Origin: the human T2T-CHM13v2.0 reference genome, Homo sapiens
DNA length: 64,000 bases
Direction: 5' to 3' (one strand)
Assembly (NCBI RefSeq): GCF_009914755.1
Contig: NC_060935.1
The notes under the pieces were generated by a model, which was not told the origin of the DNA, ran no database searches, and saw only the letters and a list, made by a program, of their open reading frames with translations. The translations under genes and the position numbers were made by a program. The first letter of the stretch is position 1, and each line of letters opens with the position of its first letter. Shown piece after piece: positions 25,941 to 43,975 of this stretch.

Positions 25941-28144
25941 CCGTGTATCTTTACATTTCTGAATGCAAAATAAGGTAGTTCAAACGTACTAGGGTTATCC
26001 AGGGGTTTTTAGTTACTTGCCTTGGTTTTGAGAGCCTAGATTTGGTTTTGAGTAATCTAGAATTATAAAGTCTGTTTATAGCTTTTGCTGCTGCCACTTG
26101 AAAGAATTCCTAATTCTCAAGAGTTCTAGAACCCTTAAAGCGTGAATCATGGAGTGCTTCAGACCAAAAATGAGTTCCCAGATACTGCCTAATGCCAGAT
26201 TTAACAATGAGTATTAGATTAAATAGGCTTTTGAAAATGTGGTAGTATTTTTTAAGTGTTGTGCATTGGTCGTGAAGACTGCACTGAAAAGGAAAAATGT
26301 GGGCTACTCTTGAAAGCATTCCCTCTGAGAATAGGAAAAAGACAAAGACACCCACTATCACTGCTCCTCTTCAGCATAGTACTGGAAGTCCTAGCAAAAG
26401 CAATCAGAAAAGAGAAAGAAATAAAGGGCATCCAAATCGGTAAAGAGGAAGTCAGACTGTCCCTGTTTGCTGATGATAGGATCCTTTACCTTGAAAACCC
26501 TAAGGACTCCTCCAGAAAGCTCCTAAAACTGACAAAAGAATGCAGCAAAGTTTCTGGATATAAGATTAATGTACACAAATCAGTAGCCCTTGTATACACC
26601 AACAGCGACGAAGCAAAGAATCAAATCAAGAACTCAACCCCTTTTACAATAGCTGCAAAAATAAAATAAAATAAAATACTTAGGAATATACCTAACAAAG
26701 GAGTTGAAAGACCTCCTCAAGGAAAACTACAAAACACTGCTGAAATAAATCATAAATGACACAATCAAATAGAAACACATCCCATGCTCATGGATGGGTA
26801 GAATCAGTATTGTGAAAATGACCACACTGCCAAAAGTAATCTACAAATTCAATGCAATCCCTATCAAAATATCACCATCATTCTTCACAGAGTTAGAAAA
26901 AACAATTCTAAAATCCATATGGACCAAAAAAAGAGCCTTAATAGCCAAAGCAAGACTAAGCAAAAAGAACAAATCTGGAGGCATCACACTACCTGATTTC
27001 AAACTATACTATAAGGCCATAGTCACCAAAACAGCATGGTACTGGTATAAAAATAGGCACATAGACCAATGGAACAGAATAGAGAACCCAGAAATAAACC
27101 CAAATACTTATAGCCAACTGATCTTCCACAAAGCAAACAAAAACATAAAGTGAGGAAAGGACACCCTTTTCAACAAATGGTGCTGGGATAATTGGCTACC
27201 CACATGTAGGAGAATGAAACTGGATCTTCATCCCTCACATTATACAAAAAATCAACTCAAGGTGGATTAAGGACTTAAACCTAAAACCTGAAACTATCAA
27301 AATTCTAGAAGATAACATTGGAAAAACCCCTCCAGACATTGGCTTAGGCAAGAATTTTATGACCAAACACCCCAAAGCAAATGCAATAATACCAAAGATA
27401 AATAGCTGGGACCTAACTAAACTAAAGAGCTTTTACACAGCAAAAGGAGCAGTCAGCAGAGTAAACAGACAACCCATAGAATGGTAGAAAATCTTCACAA
27501 TCTATACATCTGACAAAGGTCTAATATCCAGAATCTACAACAAACTCAAACAACTCATTAAGAAAAAAAAAAAAAACAAGGGGGGAGAAGCCAAGATGGC
27601 CGAATAGGAACAGCTTCGGTCTACAGCTCCCAGCGTGAGCGACGCAGAAGACGGGTGATTTCTGCATTTCCATCTGAGGTACCAGGTTCATCTCACTAGG
27701 GAGTGCCAGACAGTGGGCGCAGGTCAGTGGGTGTGCGCACCGTGCGTGAGCCAAAGCAGGGCAAGGCATTGCCTCACTTGGGAAGCGCAAGGGGTCAGGG
27801 AGTTCCCTTTCTGAGTCAAAGAAAGGGGTGACGGACGCACCTGGAAAATCGGGTCACTCCCACCCAAATACTGCACTTTTCTGACCAGCTTAAAAAAGGC
27901 GCACCACGTGATTATATCCTGCACCTGGCTCGGAGGGTCCTACGCCCACAGAGTCTTGCTGATTGCTAGCACAGCAGTCTGAGATCAAACTGCAAGGCAG
28001 CAGTGAGGCTGGGGGAGGGGCGCCCAACATTGCTGAGGGTCCTGTCTGTTAGAAGGAAAACTAACAAACAGAAAGGACATCCACACCAAAAACCCATCTG
28101 TACATCACCATCATCAAAGACCAAAAGTAGATAAAACCACAAAG

Positions 28145-29161
28145 ATGGGGAAAAAACAGAACAGAAAAACTGGAAACTCTAAAACGCAGAGCGCCTCTCC
28201 TCCTCCAAAGGAATGCAGTTCCTCACCAGCAATGGAACAAAGCTGGATGGAGAATGACTTTGACCAGCTGAGAGAAGAAGGCTTCAGACGATCAAATTAC
28301 TCTGAGCTACAGGAGGACATTCAAACCAAAGGCAAAGAAGTTGAAAACTTTGAAAAAAATTTAGACGAATGTATAACTAGAATAACCAATACAGAGAAGT
28401 GCTTAAAGGAGCTGATGGAGCTGAAAACCAAGGCTCAAGAACTACGTGAAGAATGCAGAAGCCTCAGGAGCCGATGCGATCAACTGGAAGAAAGGGTATC
28501 AGCCATGGAAGATGAAATGAATGAAATGAAGTGAGAAGGGAAGTTTAGAGAAAAAAGAATAAAAAGAAATGAGCAAAGCCTCCAAGAAATATGGGACTAT
28601 GTGGAAAGACCAAATCTACATCTGATTGGTGTACCTGAAAGTGATGGGGAGAATGGAACCAAGTTGGAAAACACTCTGCAGGATATTATCCAGGAGAACT
28701 TCCCCAATCTAGCAAGGCAGGCCAACGTTCAGATACAGGAAATACAGAGAACGCCACAAAGATACTCCTCGAGAAGAGCAACTCCAAGACACATAATTGT
28801 CAGATTCACCAAAGTTGAAATGAAGGAAAAAATGTTAAGGGCAGCCAGAGAGAAAGGTCGGGTTACCCTCAAAGGGAAGCCCATAAGACTAACAGCGGAT
28901 CTCTCCGCAGAAACTCTACAAGCCAGAAGAGAGTGGGGGCCAATATTCAACATTCTTAAAGAAAAGAATTTTCAACCCAGAATTTCATATCCAGCCAAAC
29001 TAAGCTTCATAAGTGAAGGAGAAATAAAATACTTTACAGACAAGCAAATGCTGAAAGATTTTGTCACCACTAGGCCTGCCCTAAAAGAGCTCCTGAAGGA
29101 AACGCTAAACATGGAAAGGAACAACCAGTACCAGCCATTGCAAAATCATGCCAAAATGTAA
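28145..29161 (+). pseudogene. L1 ORF1p (RNA-binding chaperone) with a premature stop
   Basis: MGKKQNRKTGNSKTQSAS...NHAKM; in-frame TGA at 28532-28534 (CpG-type CGA>TGA). Confidence 0.95.
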
Positions 29162-29209
29162 AGACCATTGAGACTAGGAAGAAACTGCATCAACTAACGA
29201 GCAAAATAA

Positions 29210-33043
<3,834 letters not shown>

Positions 33044-34284
33044 ACAATGAGATCACATGGACACAGGAAGGGGAATATCACACTCTGGGGACTGTGGTGG
33101 GGTGGGGGGAGGGGGGAGGGATAGCACTGGGAGATATACCTAATGCTAGATGACGAGTTAGTGGGTGCAGCACACCAGCATGGCACATGTATACGTATGT
33201 AACTAACCTGCACAATGTGTACATGTACCCTAAAACTTAAAGTATAATAAAAAATAAATAAAATAAATAAATAAATAAAATAAAAAAAAACAAAACAATC
33301 CCATCAAAAAGTGGGCTAAGGACATTAATAGACAATTCTCAAAAGATTTATAAACGGCCAACAAACACATGAAAAAAATGCTTAACATCACTAATGATCA
33401 GGGATATGCAAATCAAAACCACAATGAGATACCACCTTACTTTTGCAAGAATGGCCAAAATCAAAAAATCAAAAGACAGTAGATGTTGGCATGGATGTAG
33501 CAATCGGGGAACACTGCTACACTGCTGGTAGGAATGTAAACTAGTACAGCAGCTATGGAAAACAGTGTGGAGATTCTGCAAATAACTAAAAGTAGAACTA
33601 TCATTTGACCCAGCAATCCCACTACTGGGTATCTACCCAGAGGAAAAGAAGTCATTATTTAAAGTAGATACTTGCACACGCATGTTTATAGCAGCACAAT
33701 TCACAATAGCAAAATCGTGGAACCAACCCAAATGCCCATTAAGCAATGAGTGGATAAAGAAACTGTGGTATATCTATACAATGGAATACTAAGCCATAAA
33801 AAGGAATGAATTAACAGCATTTGCAATGACCTGGATGAGATTGTAGACTATTATTCTAAGTGCAGTAACTCAGGAATGGAAAACCAAACATCGTATGTTC
33901 TCACTGATATGTGAGAGCTAAGCTATGAAGACGCAAAGGCATAAGAATGATACAATGGACTTTGGGGACTTGGGGGGAAAGATGGGAGGGAGGCAAGGGA
34001 TAAAAGACAACATATATGGTGCAGTATATACTGCTCGGGTGATGCGTGCACCAGGATCTCACAAATCACCACTAAAGAACTTACTCATGTAACCAAATAC
34101 CACCTGTACACCCAATAATTTATGGAAAAATGAAATAATAAAAATAAAAATATTGTCATAAAAAAAGAATGTGGGCTATTCTTAATGAAAATATGCATAA
34201 GCATACCATCAGTGTGTTGAATCTGGAATACAGGGTTGCCTTACTTGATTATATACTCCTGGCTCCTTAAAAACTTAAACTTTC

Positions 34285-34594
<310 letters not shown>

Positions 34595-34643
34595 TTAAAC
34601 TTTCCAACATGTCAGCTAAGCAACAGATGTTCCTTGGAACTAA

Positions 34644-35095
<452 letters not shown>

Positions 35096-37284
35096 TAAAA
35101 TTCTGGCTCACTTTTTCTTCTACATTAAATTGTTAGTTGCCTCTATTGTTTTCTACCTTAGTATTGCATCCATGATTGCAATGGATAAAAGATAAATTGT
35201 TCTGCTTTAATGGGTTGAAATTACTGCAGAAGGATTTGATAGTGTTTTCCTTCGTTTTTGTAACTGAAACAGATTTGCAGTAAATATACACTGTTAACAA
35301 TTTGAATAAAATGTTTTTCATTATCTGAGAGCAATTTCCATGGAACAGAGTTGAGCCTGCACCGTTCTGATTTTGTGGGCAAAGTATTTGATTAAAGCTG
35401 ACTAGCTTAGTGTGACTACCCTTTAGAACAATGAAATATTCTATGAAAAATCCACTTACTTAAGACTACCAGTGAGCTAACTGGAGTCTATTGTACAGTT
35501 TTTTGACTGAGGAGATGCCTCTTTCTGTGTGACAAGCAAAACAGGGAAGCAAAAATAAACTTCATGAGCTAAAAGTTGGCCAGATGAGACTGAGGTTACC
35601 TTGGTCAGAAATTGGGCGGTCACAAGTAAGAGAAACCACTTAATGTTACTTAAATATAAATGAGATACTAACTGCTAATAAGCAAGATGCCTTTCAAAAC
35701 AGGGACTATAACCATCCTCACATGAGGCTGGAACAAGAACTGGAAAGAATATGGAAACGAGGCAGCATATTTGCTTGTCAGCTTGGCTCCACATTGATCC
35801 TTGGATTTACATGGTCTCTTATATTTTTTTTCTTTTCCTATATTCATTTTTATCTCTCCAAAGGCCAGCTTTCTCTGGCCATTTCCACATGGACCCGATA
35901 CAGCCACCTGACAAGAAATAATGGAGCCAGTTCCTGGAGTCCTTTGTGCTGTGGTTTCAGATTTCCAGGAATTGGAAGTCTATTTAATTATCTTTGGACC
36001 TGATGGCATAGTTCTGTCCTTCAGGATCCCTGTAATTCTGAGTAAGTCCCAGAACTCCAGGGAGCAGAATAGCTCTGAGGGCTGGGTCCCAAGGAATTGG
36101 CACGGTTTGGTTAGAAAAAAAATCTTGGGAAAATTGGGAGGTCAGCATATATTCTTGGTTTCTCCCTTTGTTTCCATTTGGAGACCATTTTCTCATTTGG
36201 GGGCATCTGCTGACTCAGGCTGCCCAGAGCTTCCTCCTCTGATCCCCACCTTCTCTATGTGTCAGCAGTGGAACTTTCTGCAGACTTATTTCAACTGTAT
36301 TTATTGTTATTTGCACCTTCCTAGCCTCTTATTTATTCACCTATATTCTAAATGACATGATCTTACAAACATGGAACCTTTCGCAGTCAACAAACAGTAC
36401 CTGTTTTCAAAAGGCCTTTAAATAGTGACTCCGGTAATGAGAATGCAAGACACAAGCAGGAGGCATTTGTCAAAAGGTTCCTTCTGAGATAGCCAGGTAT
36501 AATATAAAGTACAAATCAGAGAGATTTGGATTTAAAGCCCAGCTCCACTACTTTTAGTTGTGAGAACTTAAAGACCTGCTTGGCACATCTGCTCCTGAAT
36601 TTCCAATTGTCTCTCAGCTCTACTTACTCCATAGAGTTGTTGTGTGGAATAAACGAGGTAAAGTAAACACATAAATATGTAAAATGGTCAAAGTTGGTAG
36701 GATATCAACAAATAATAATCCCTCAATCCACTGTCCTCCCATGCCCTGCACTCAACTCTCTTTACAAGGACCGTCACCTTAGAGTAAGTCCCACACAATG
36801 GGGACACCTTTAAAAAATACCACTGCCTCCTCTCTCCAGGGCAAATATTTCTCACTCATTTATGCACAGATTGGAGTATTAGAGACAGGATGTCACACTC
36901 TTCCAATAAAAGGTATAGCTGGTTAAAATTTCCCAGACAACAAAAGGATTCCAAGACAAAGAGGCACTTTGGATCTAAAAGGTATCTACTGGCATTAGGA
37001 ACAAGGAAAAACTGAAGAATCATGTCCAATGGCATTATCTTTTAATCATGGAAGACTCTTTTTATTCTTTCTAGCTATATAAACACGTTAGTCACGCACC
37101 CAAACATGACCATAATCATAACGACAATGATCATAACAACCGCTACATTTTCACCATTAATTCTGTATTTACAGTGTCAAGTATTTCACATGTCTCACTC
37201 AAAAACTCTTGGAATCATGATAGCATTTTACAGATAAGGAAATTAAGACTCAGAGCTGTCCAGTAAAAGCCTAGGGTACAAGAT

Positions 37285-37689
37285 TGTATTAAAAGATATA
37301 GAGATTTACTCTCAGCCCTTTTTCATACTGCTATAAAGAACTGCCCAAGACTGGGCCATTTATAGAGGAAAAGGTTTAATTGACTCACATTTCAGCATGG
37401 CTGGGGAGGCCTCAGGAAACTTACAATCACGGCAGAAGGCAAAGAGGAAGCAAGGCACCTTCTTCCCAAGGCGGCAAGAAGGCGAAGTGCTGAGCGAAGC
37501 AGGAAGAGCCCTTTATAGAACCATCAGATCTCATGAGAACTCAGTCACCAGCACGAGAACAGCAGAAAACTGCTTCAATTATTCAATTACCTCCACCTGC
37601 TCTCTCCCTTGATGCATGGGGATTATGGGGATTATGGGATTACAATTCAAGACGAAATTTGGGTGGGGACACAAAGCCTAAGCATATCA
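37285..37689 (-). mobile_element. THE1 (THE1D-like) MaLR solo LTR
   Basis: catactgctataaagaactgcccaagactggg...gggtggggacacaaagcctaagcatatca. Confidence 0.9.
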
Positions 37690-37904
37690 GATTCCAACTC
37701 CAAAAATGATGCTTCTAACCACTGGCAATATGTCATGCTATGCTATACTACTTCCTATGCTGCTTTCTTTGTCCCTCTTTCCTATCAAATTCTCACATAG
37801 CTACCTGGAGTTTCTAACTTCTCATAAACCCTATCTGTCAGCGGTTCTATGCAAAACCTTCAGACCCACAGGTAAGATCCAAGCCTCATCCATCTCCCAG
37901 GTCT

Positions 37905-38065
37905 AGGACCTTGCTATTCAAAGTGTGATGCTTGAATCAGCAGCATCACCTGAGAGTTTGTTAGAAATGCAGAATCTCACCCCAGGCCTCCTGAATACGA
38001 ACTGACATTTTAAAAAGTCTTCCTGGTGGTTTCTAACCATATTAAAGCTTGAGAAACAGTAATCT
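37905..38065. mobile_element. MER5-family hAT-Charlie relic
   Basis: cagcagcatcacctgagagtttgttagaaatgcagaatctc...taaagcttgagaaacagt. Confidence 0.75.
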
Positions 38066-39462
38066 GGGATATGAACCACACTGGATACAGATTATCTTAA
38101 TTGCTTGGGTATTTTTCAGTGTATTAATCTCCTTTCTGCGTTAGTCATAATACTTGATCCCTGTGAACAATCTCCACTTTGTAGCTTTTCACATTCCTTT
38201 CCTTTCCTCACTTTAGTCAGTAGCAGATTCATCTCTCTTGGAGAATTTGGTAGTTGGGAAATAATTAGATTTTGGGGGAGTCCCTTGCCTCATCCTAAAT
38301 ATAAGTTACTGTTCAGGACCTCACTTTAGAAGTCAGGCTCTCTGACTGGCAAATCCCTTGTCACTCAAAGCATAAGGGCGGTTTTTCTTCATTTGCTGAA
38401 GATGTCAGCTGCTCTGCACTTTCTCTGAAAGAAGCCCCTTCTTGTGACTTATTACTAAAAGTGTTTTTTATTTTGTTTTGTTTTGTTTTTGTTTTTTTAG
38501 AGCAAAGCAAACCACAGAAGGGGAACTCATTTAAAGAAAGAAGGTAGTAACCAAGATGCACGGGGCCTTTAACTTTGGAAAAATAAGGATTTCAAGTAAT
38601 TCTTTACTATGATGCTTTTAAGTTGATTAAAGTTGGTGCAAATAGAAGGTCAAGCGTCCATGGAGCTGGTTAATCAATTATAATAGATTACACTTGCGTC
38701 TTTAAAAAATTCTATGATTTAAAGATGTTGCCAATAGTGAGCAGAATAGGGGAGCTTCCCAGAGCCCACTCCATCTTTCTTCCTTTCATCGCAGCCCTGA
38801 TTAGAAGGCCCCAGAAAAGATGTTGAGTTAGGATTGCTAGCCCGTGACGGCCTGGGAGAGTAAAGGAGGGCTGCTGAGAGTAGTGCTTACTGAGAAGGCT
38901 AGAAATGTGCAGAGGGGAATCCTGCATGATTCGACTAATTGCCTCTCAGTATTTCACAGGGCGCTGGACTGCTAAAAGAATGGTTCTCTGGAAAGGGATA
39001 TCCTCTGGGAAAGATAAAATATAATATAGGGTTGCAAGAGGATGTACTCATTATGTGTGGTAAGAATCTTGATTACAAAACTAATACATCCTCATTACAG
39101 AGAATTGGGAAATACAAAAAAGGTCCATAGAGGGAAATAAGAATTGCACATAATCCCACTAGCCAGAATAATTATTTTATATTCGATATTTTCCTTCAGA
39201 TATACACATTTTTAAAATTCATGATAATTAGTAAATACTGTTAAAGGCAGATGGTAATGACTGCACCATATAAATGTAACCAATGTTGCTTATGTGAGAT
39301 TATTACGTTGATCATTTGGCTATTTCTAATTTCTAGCTATTAAAAGTAACTCTGTTATGAATATTATTTAACATAAATCTTTGACTATGATTATTTCCTT
39401 AGGGTAAACTTCTAGAAGTGAGATTACGGAGTGAGAGGTATGATTATTTTTAATGTTTCCAA

Positions 39463-39463
<1 letters not shown>

Positions 39464-39514
<51 letters not shown>

Positions 39515-39546
39515 ATATATGTGTGTGTGTCTCTGTGTGTGTGTAT
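39464..39546 (+). repeat. (TA)n(TG)n microsatellite
   Basis: About 18 uninterrupted TG units at 39474-39510 plus flanking TA/TG. Confidence 0.95.
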
Positions 39547-42299
39547 AGCTAACTGCTCTTTGGAAAGATTACTTTAAATTTTGGTCTCCAACAGCTGAGT
39601 TTGTTATTATCCATTGCAGCCTTATTAAATAGTATTTTTTCAGTTATAAATAATGATGATGATTAAAAAAACAAATAAACAAAAACCGAGTCAACCTGCC
39701 CTAAACAGAAAGGGGACTTACTGGTTTATGTAACTGGAGGGTTACAGCTTCGTTGGTATCCTCTTTAGATTAGTTTTATCCTCAGTCTCATTTCTCTGTG
39801 GTTATCAGATGGTTGCCAGTGTTGAACTTATTTTATACCTAGAAGGAGAAAAGATTCATTCCAAAAGCACTGATATAAGGTATTCAAATTGGCCAGGTTA
39901 AGTTAGGATAGAACATTGGGATTAAGAAGATCCTGTTACCTTGATGAGAATTAGCACTCAGGGAGCATTCTAGGGGCAGAGTGAGGGCCAAACCTACCCT
40001 TGCCATACTGTTGCTCACAGCAGCAAAGGTATATAATTGATGTTCACAAGACAACCACTATGTCCTTTACATCCTATCAAATATTGTTAGCTTTAAAACT
40101 TTACCAACGTAATAGGCAGAAATGCTATTCTACTGTAGTTTCATTTTGTATTTCATTGGTTACTATTGAGGTTTAATATATTTTTAAAATATGTATTGGT
40201 CATTTGCATATCTTCCTCAGCAAACTGATTCTTCAGGCCCTTTCCCCAATGAAATTCATTCTAAGTTATATTTAGGAGCTTAAACATGTAGAAAAGAGAT
40301 TCTCAGCCTGGCTGAACATTAAACCAATTTAGGGAGTTTCAAAAAACATGATATCATGACCTCACCTCCAAAGTTTTTCATTTAATGCATGCAGAGTATG
40401 TTTTAAAATCTCCCTGGAGATTTGAGGAATGTTAGCTTTCTGAAACACCCTTCCTCAAATTCACTTATATTTCTTTCACATTGCACATAAACTTTGCTTA
40501 TTTTACAAATCACTCTGGAATCCTACAAGATATCATAAATAGCTCTAGTAAATGAGGCACTTATTCAAATCCTAGATAAAACAGAATGAGATGAATATTC
40601 ATGACCATTTAGCATGAACTAAGTCAAGCAATCAGCAGCTTCTCTGGCAGGGTCAATGTGGCAGTACTTAAATTCACCAGAATTGTCATTGGCGGGTTCC
40701 TTTCTGATTAAGGGGAAAAGGCAAAGATGTCCCTAAGAAACCCAATCCAGGGAAAGTATATTTGTAAACAGGGAGCTTCACAGGAACATGTTCTTGTTGA
40801 GAAACAGAAAAATATTTACTTCTACTTTGGTTGTTTATGGCATTGTAGCTGTGCTACAGAAACAAATGGTGCTATGCTTGGTTTATTCCCACTCCTAAAG
40901 AGCCCAAGGAAATGTAAGCAGACCTTTCCTTTAACAAATGACAGTGCTTCTATTAAGCAGCTATTCTGCATGCATCTGCCTTCTCCATGTTTGGGGACTA
41001 ACAGAGTACTTGTTATTCCCAGGATGTGTTAAGTCAATGAAATCAAATAAGAAACTGTTCCTTCCAACACTGCACTGACAAATTGGTTGGATTTTTCTTT
41101 TTTAAATCAGAAACACCTCACTGCTTTGAATCATCAATGAGGAGAAATTGCTTCATAAATATTTCTTTTCTTGGCCATAACTAAGATGTGCTTCCTCTTT
41201 TAGTGTTCAGGAGGGCTACTAACGACTTCCTTTGACGACTAAGAGGAAAGGTAGCATTCCAACTCAGCAGTTTCTGCCGTCACCTCTAAGTGTTTTATTT
41301 GATAACTCATCATGTATACTTGGCATCTTACTTTACACATATGTCATTAATTGATCATCTTTTATTATATCCCTCAGTCTTCTTGTTGATATATCCATAA
41401 ACTGTTTGATAACTTTTATTTATCAAATAATTACAATATTTAGCATTTTAACCAAACACATAAGCACCATCTGGCAAAATAATTGCAACTATTACTAGAC
41501 AGAACCAGTGCTGAGGGATGGTTTGGTACCTTCAGGAAAAATAAGGCAAGCGTATTTTAGAGGCAGATGAGATAAGTACAGGGCATTAGGAAAGCTCTCC
41601 CCTAAAAGACAGAACCTTGTGCTTTATGTATTTTAACTTATACTTTTATTCTTCCTTGTCCAAAAGGTATAATGGAAATGTCTAGAGGACTTCATTATTC
41701 TAGAAGCCTAATTTGACCTACCAAGTCTATAGAAAATGGAATCAGTGATAGAAAGGAAATATATTTTTTGTCTCTTTGAGAGTTAATAATATAAAAATGC
41801 AGATTTTAAAAAAGTATAATCAGTCCCCAAGGAGGTTGAGCCTATCTTCACAATTTGCAAATCCAGCAAAGTGCAGCAAACTGTGAAGTTTAGCAATGAG
41901 GGAACAATCCCAACCTTCAAAGAGGCAGCGTAGTTTATTACTGTCTGAAAATTTAAATGTCAAACCACTGAGAAAGATGTGGTTGAGATTTTTCTTCTCT
42001 AGTAGACAAAAGAAAAAGTAGGCAGTAGCCTTGGTGATAGTCAACACTGTTTTTTTTCTTCTTGAAGTAGAAGGCAAAAATAAACAACTTTCTAGAGCAG
42101 GCTACTACAACTATGACCCAAAAGAGAAAAGGTGGCCCCTCAAGCTGTTAATGGAATCCCTTCTGTTCCTGCCATGTCTTCCTAGGGAGATGCCTCCCCC
42201 TTTGCCTATGTGCCCCATCCTCTTTTAGGTAGAGGAATACCACTGAAAGAGCAAGGCCTTATGAACCAAAGAAAACTTTGTACAAATTTCCATCACATG

Positions 42300-42800
42300 T
42301 ATGAAATGAGGATCATAGCTAACAGCACTGTATTGTATTTGAGAAATTTTAAGTACTATTGACACAAAAAAAGGTAGGGGTTAACTATGTGAGATGATAC
42401 ATATGTTAATTTGCTTGACCATAGTAACCATTTCACCATATATGTATTTAAAAACATTATGTTGTAGCTGGGTGTGGTGGCTCATGCCTGTAATCCCAGC
42501 ACTTTGGGAGGCCAAGGTGGGCAGATCACGAGGTCAGGAGATCGAGACCATCCTGGCTAACACGGTGAAACCCTGTCTCTACTAAAAATACAAAAAATTA
42601 GCCAGGTGTGGTGGCAGGCGCCTGTAGTCCCAGCTACTCAGGAGGCTGAGGCAGGAGAATGGCATGAACCCAGGAGGCGGAGCTTGCCGTGAGCCGAGAT
42701 CACGCCACAGCACTCCATCCTGGGCGATAGAGCGAGACTCCATCTCAAACAAACAAATGAACAAAAAATTACGTTGCACACCTTAAATATATATAATAAA
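42300..42800 (+). mobile_element. Old L1MA/MB 3' terminal fragment, interrupted by an AluY
   Basis: taactatgtgagatgatacatatgttaatttgcttgaccatagtaaccatttcacc...caccttaaatatata. Confidence 0.75.
42466..42764 (+). mobile_element. AluY
   Basis: gagatcgagaccatcctggctaacacggtg; imperfect TSD aaaaacattatgttgt / aaaaaattacgttgc. Confidence 0.96.
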
Positions 42801-43529
42801 ACTCCATCACAAACATACTATGTGACTTTGAGCTAGTTATTGATATTTTAAAACTTCGTTTTCTCAGTAGCAAAATGGGCATAAATAAACGTAGGGGCTC
42901 AAAGAATATAAAGAGGAGAAGAAAAGAGGAAAGTGAAGTAGACAGAGAAAGAGTGAGGGGCAAGGAGAGAGGAGAAAGAGAGAATAGGGTAGGGAGAAAG
43001 GAAAAGAAGAAAGGAGGATGGGCAGAAGGGAGGCAGATGGATGTTATCTTTAGGATCAAATGAAATCGTTTCTAAACCAACCTTAGTTCCCCATCTGTTC
43101 CTTTTTCCTTTGCTTCTCCCAGCCCCTCTTCCTGTATCGTCTCCTCAGGAAATTGACAACACCCAGTCACAGCCCTCCACACAGGAAGGCCCTGCCAGCT
43201 CCAGGACTGCTGATGGGTGTGGCCAAGGAGCCCATTCAAAGCACAGCATGAAGATGGCAAATGGCACTGGTCTGCTTGAATCAGGTTAACTTTGCCTGGG
43301 CTGTCTTCATTGTCAGGAAGATAGAAAATCATAATATTGTTGGGGAACCTGAAAGTAATTAATTTATCTTCTATTATTAGACTTTTATTTAGTCACTCTC
43401 TCTCAACTAAAACTTATTTTTAAATTACCATTATTATGCTCTATTGAGGAAGAAAAGTAAAACAAAACAAAAATACCTCAGCTTTTTGTTTTGTTTTCTT
43501 CTGGAAAGGAGGGGTGGCAGGGAAAATGA

Positions 43530-43975
43530 GAATAAAGGGTAATAATCTGTAGCACTTATTGAGCACTTACTAGGTGTTGTTCAGTTGTTTATGTATATAT
43601 TTTATTTCACTTTGTCATTATCATGACTTTATAAGGTAGGTATGATTATAGATCATCTCCTTTGTATAGAGACACAGCTAACACAGAGATTTAAAAATGT
43701 CCTCAATTAGACCTTGAGCTAGAAAAGTGGAGCTGGAATTGAAACCCAGACACTCTGTGTCTAGAATTCTTGATCTGTATGGTGAGAGTGGGCATGGGCT
43801 TGGAGCTGGACAAACCTGGGTTCAAGCATTAGCCCTGCCAACTAAGGGCTGAGTAACCTTGTGAATGCTACTTAAACTTCGTGAGCATTCATTTCTTCAT
43901 GTATGAAACAATATATGTAAAAACCTTTAGCACAGGGCTTGGCATAGAGTAACATTTCAAAAAATGTTAGCTAAG
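43530..43975. mobile_element. Two MIR relics in opposite orientation
   Basis: agcacttattgagcacttactagg...ctggaattgaaacccag (reverse) and aacctgggttcaagc...aaaacctttagcacagggcttggcatagag (forward). Confidence 0.7.

Noticed and set aside
28025-28045. 5'UTR deletion as a canonical spliced L1 integrant
   Set aside because: The acceptor side fits, but the removed sequence would begin with CC rather than GT; a GC microhomology deletion is simpler.
35722-36355. 93-aa and 144-aa ORFs in non-repeat DNA
   Set aside because: No recognisable domain, splice structure, or poly(A)/TSD; consistent with chance ORFs.
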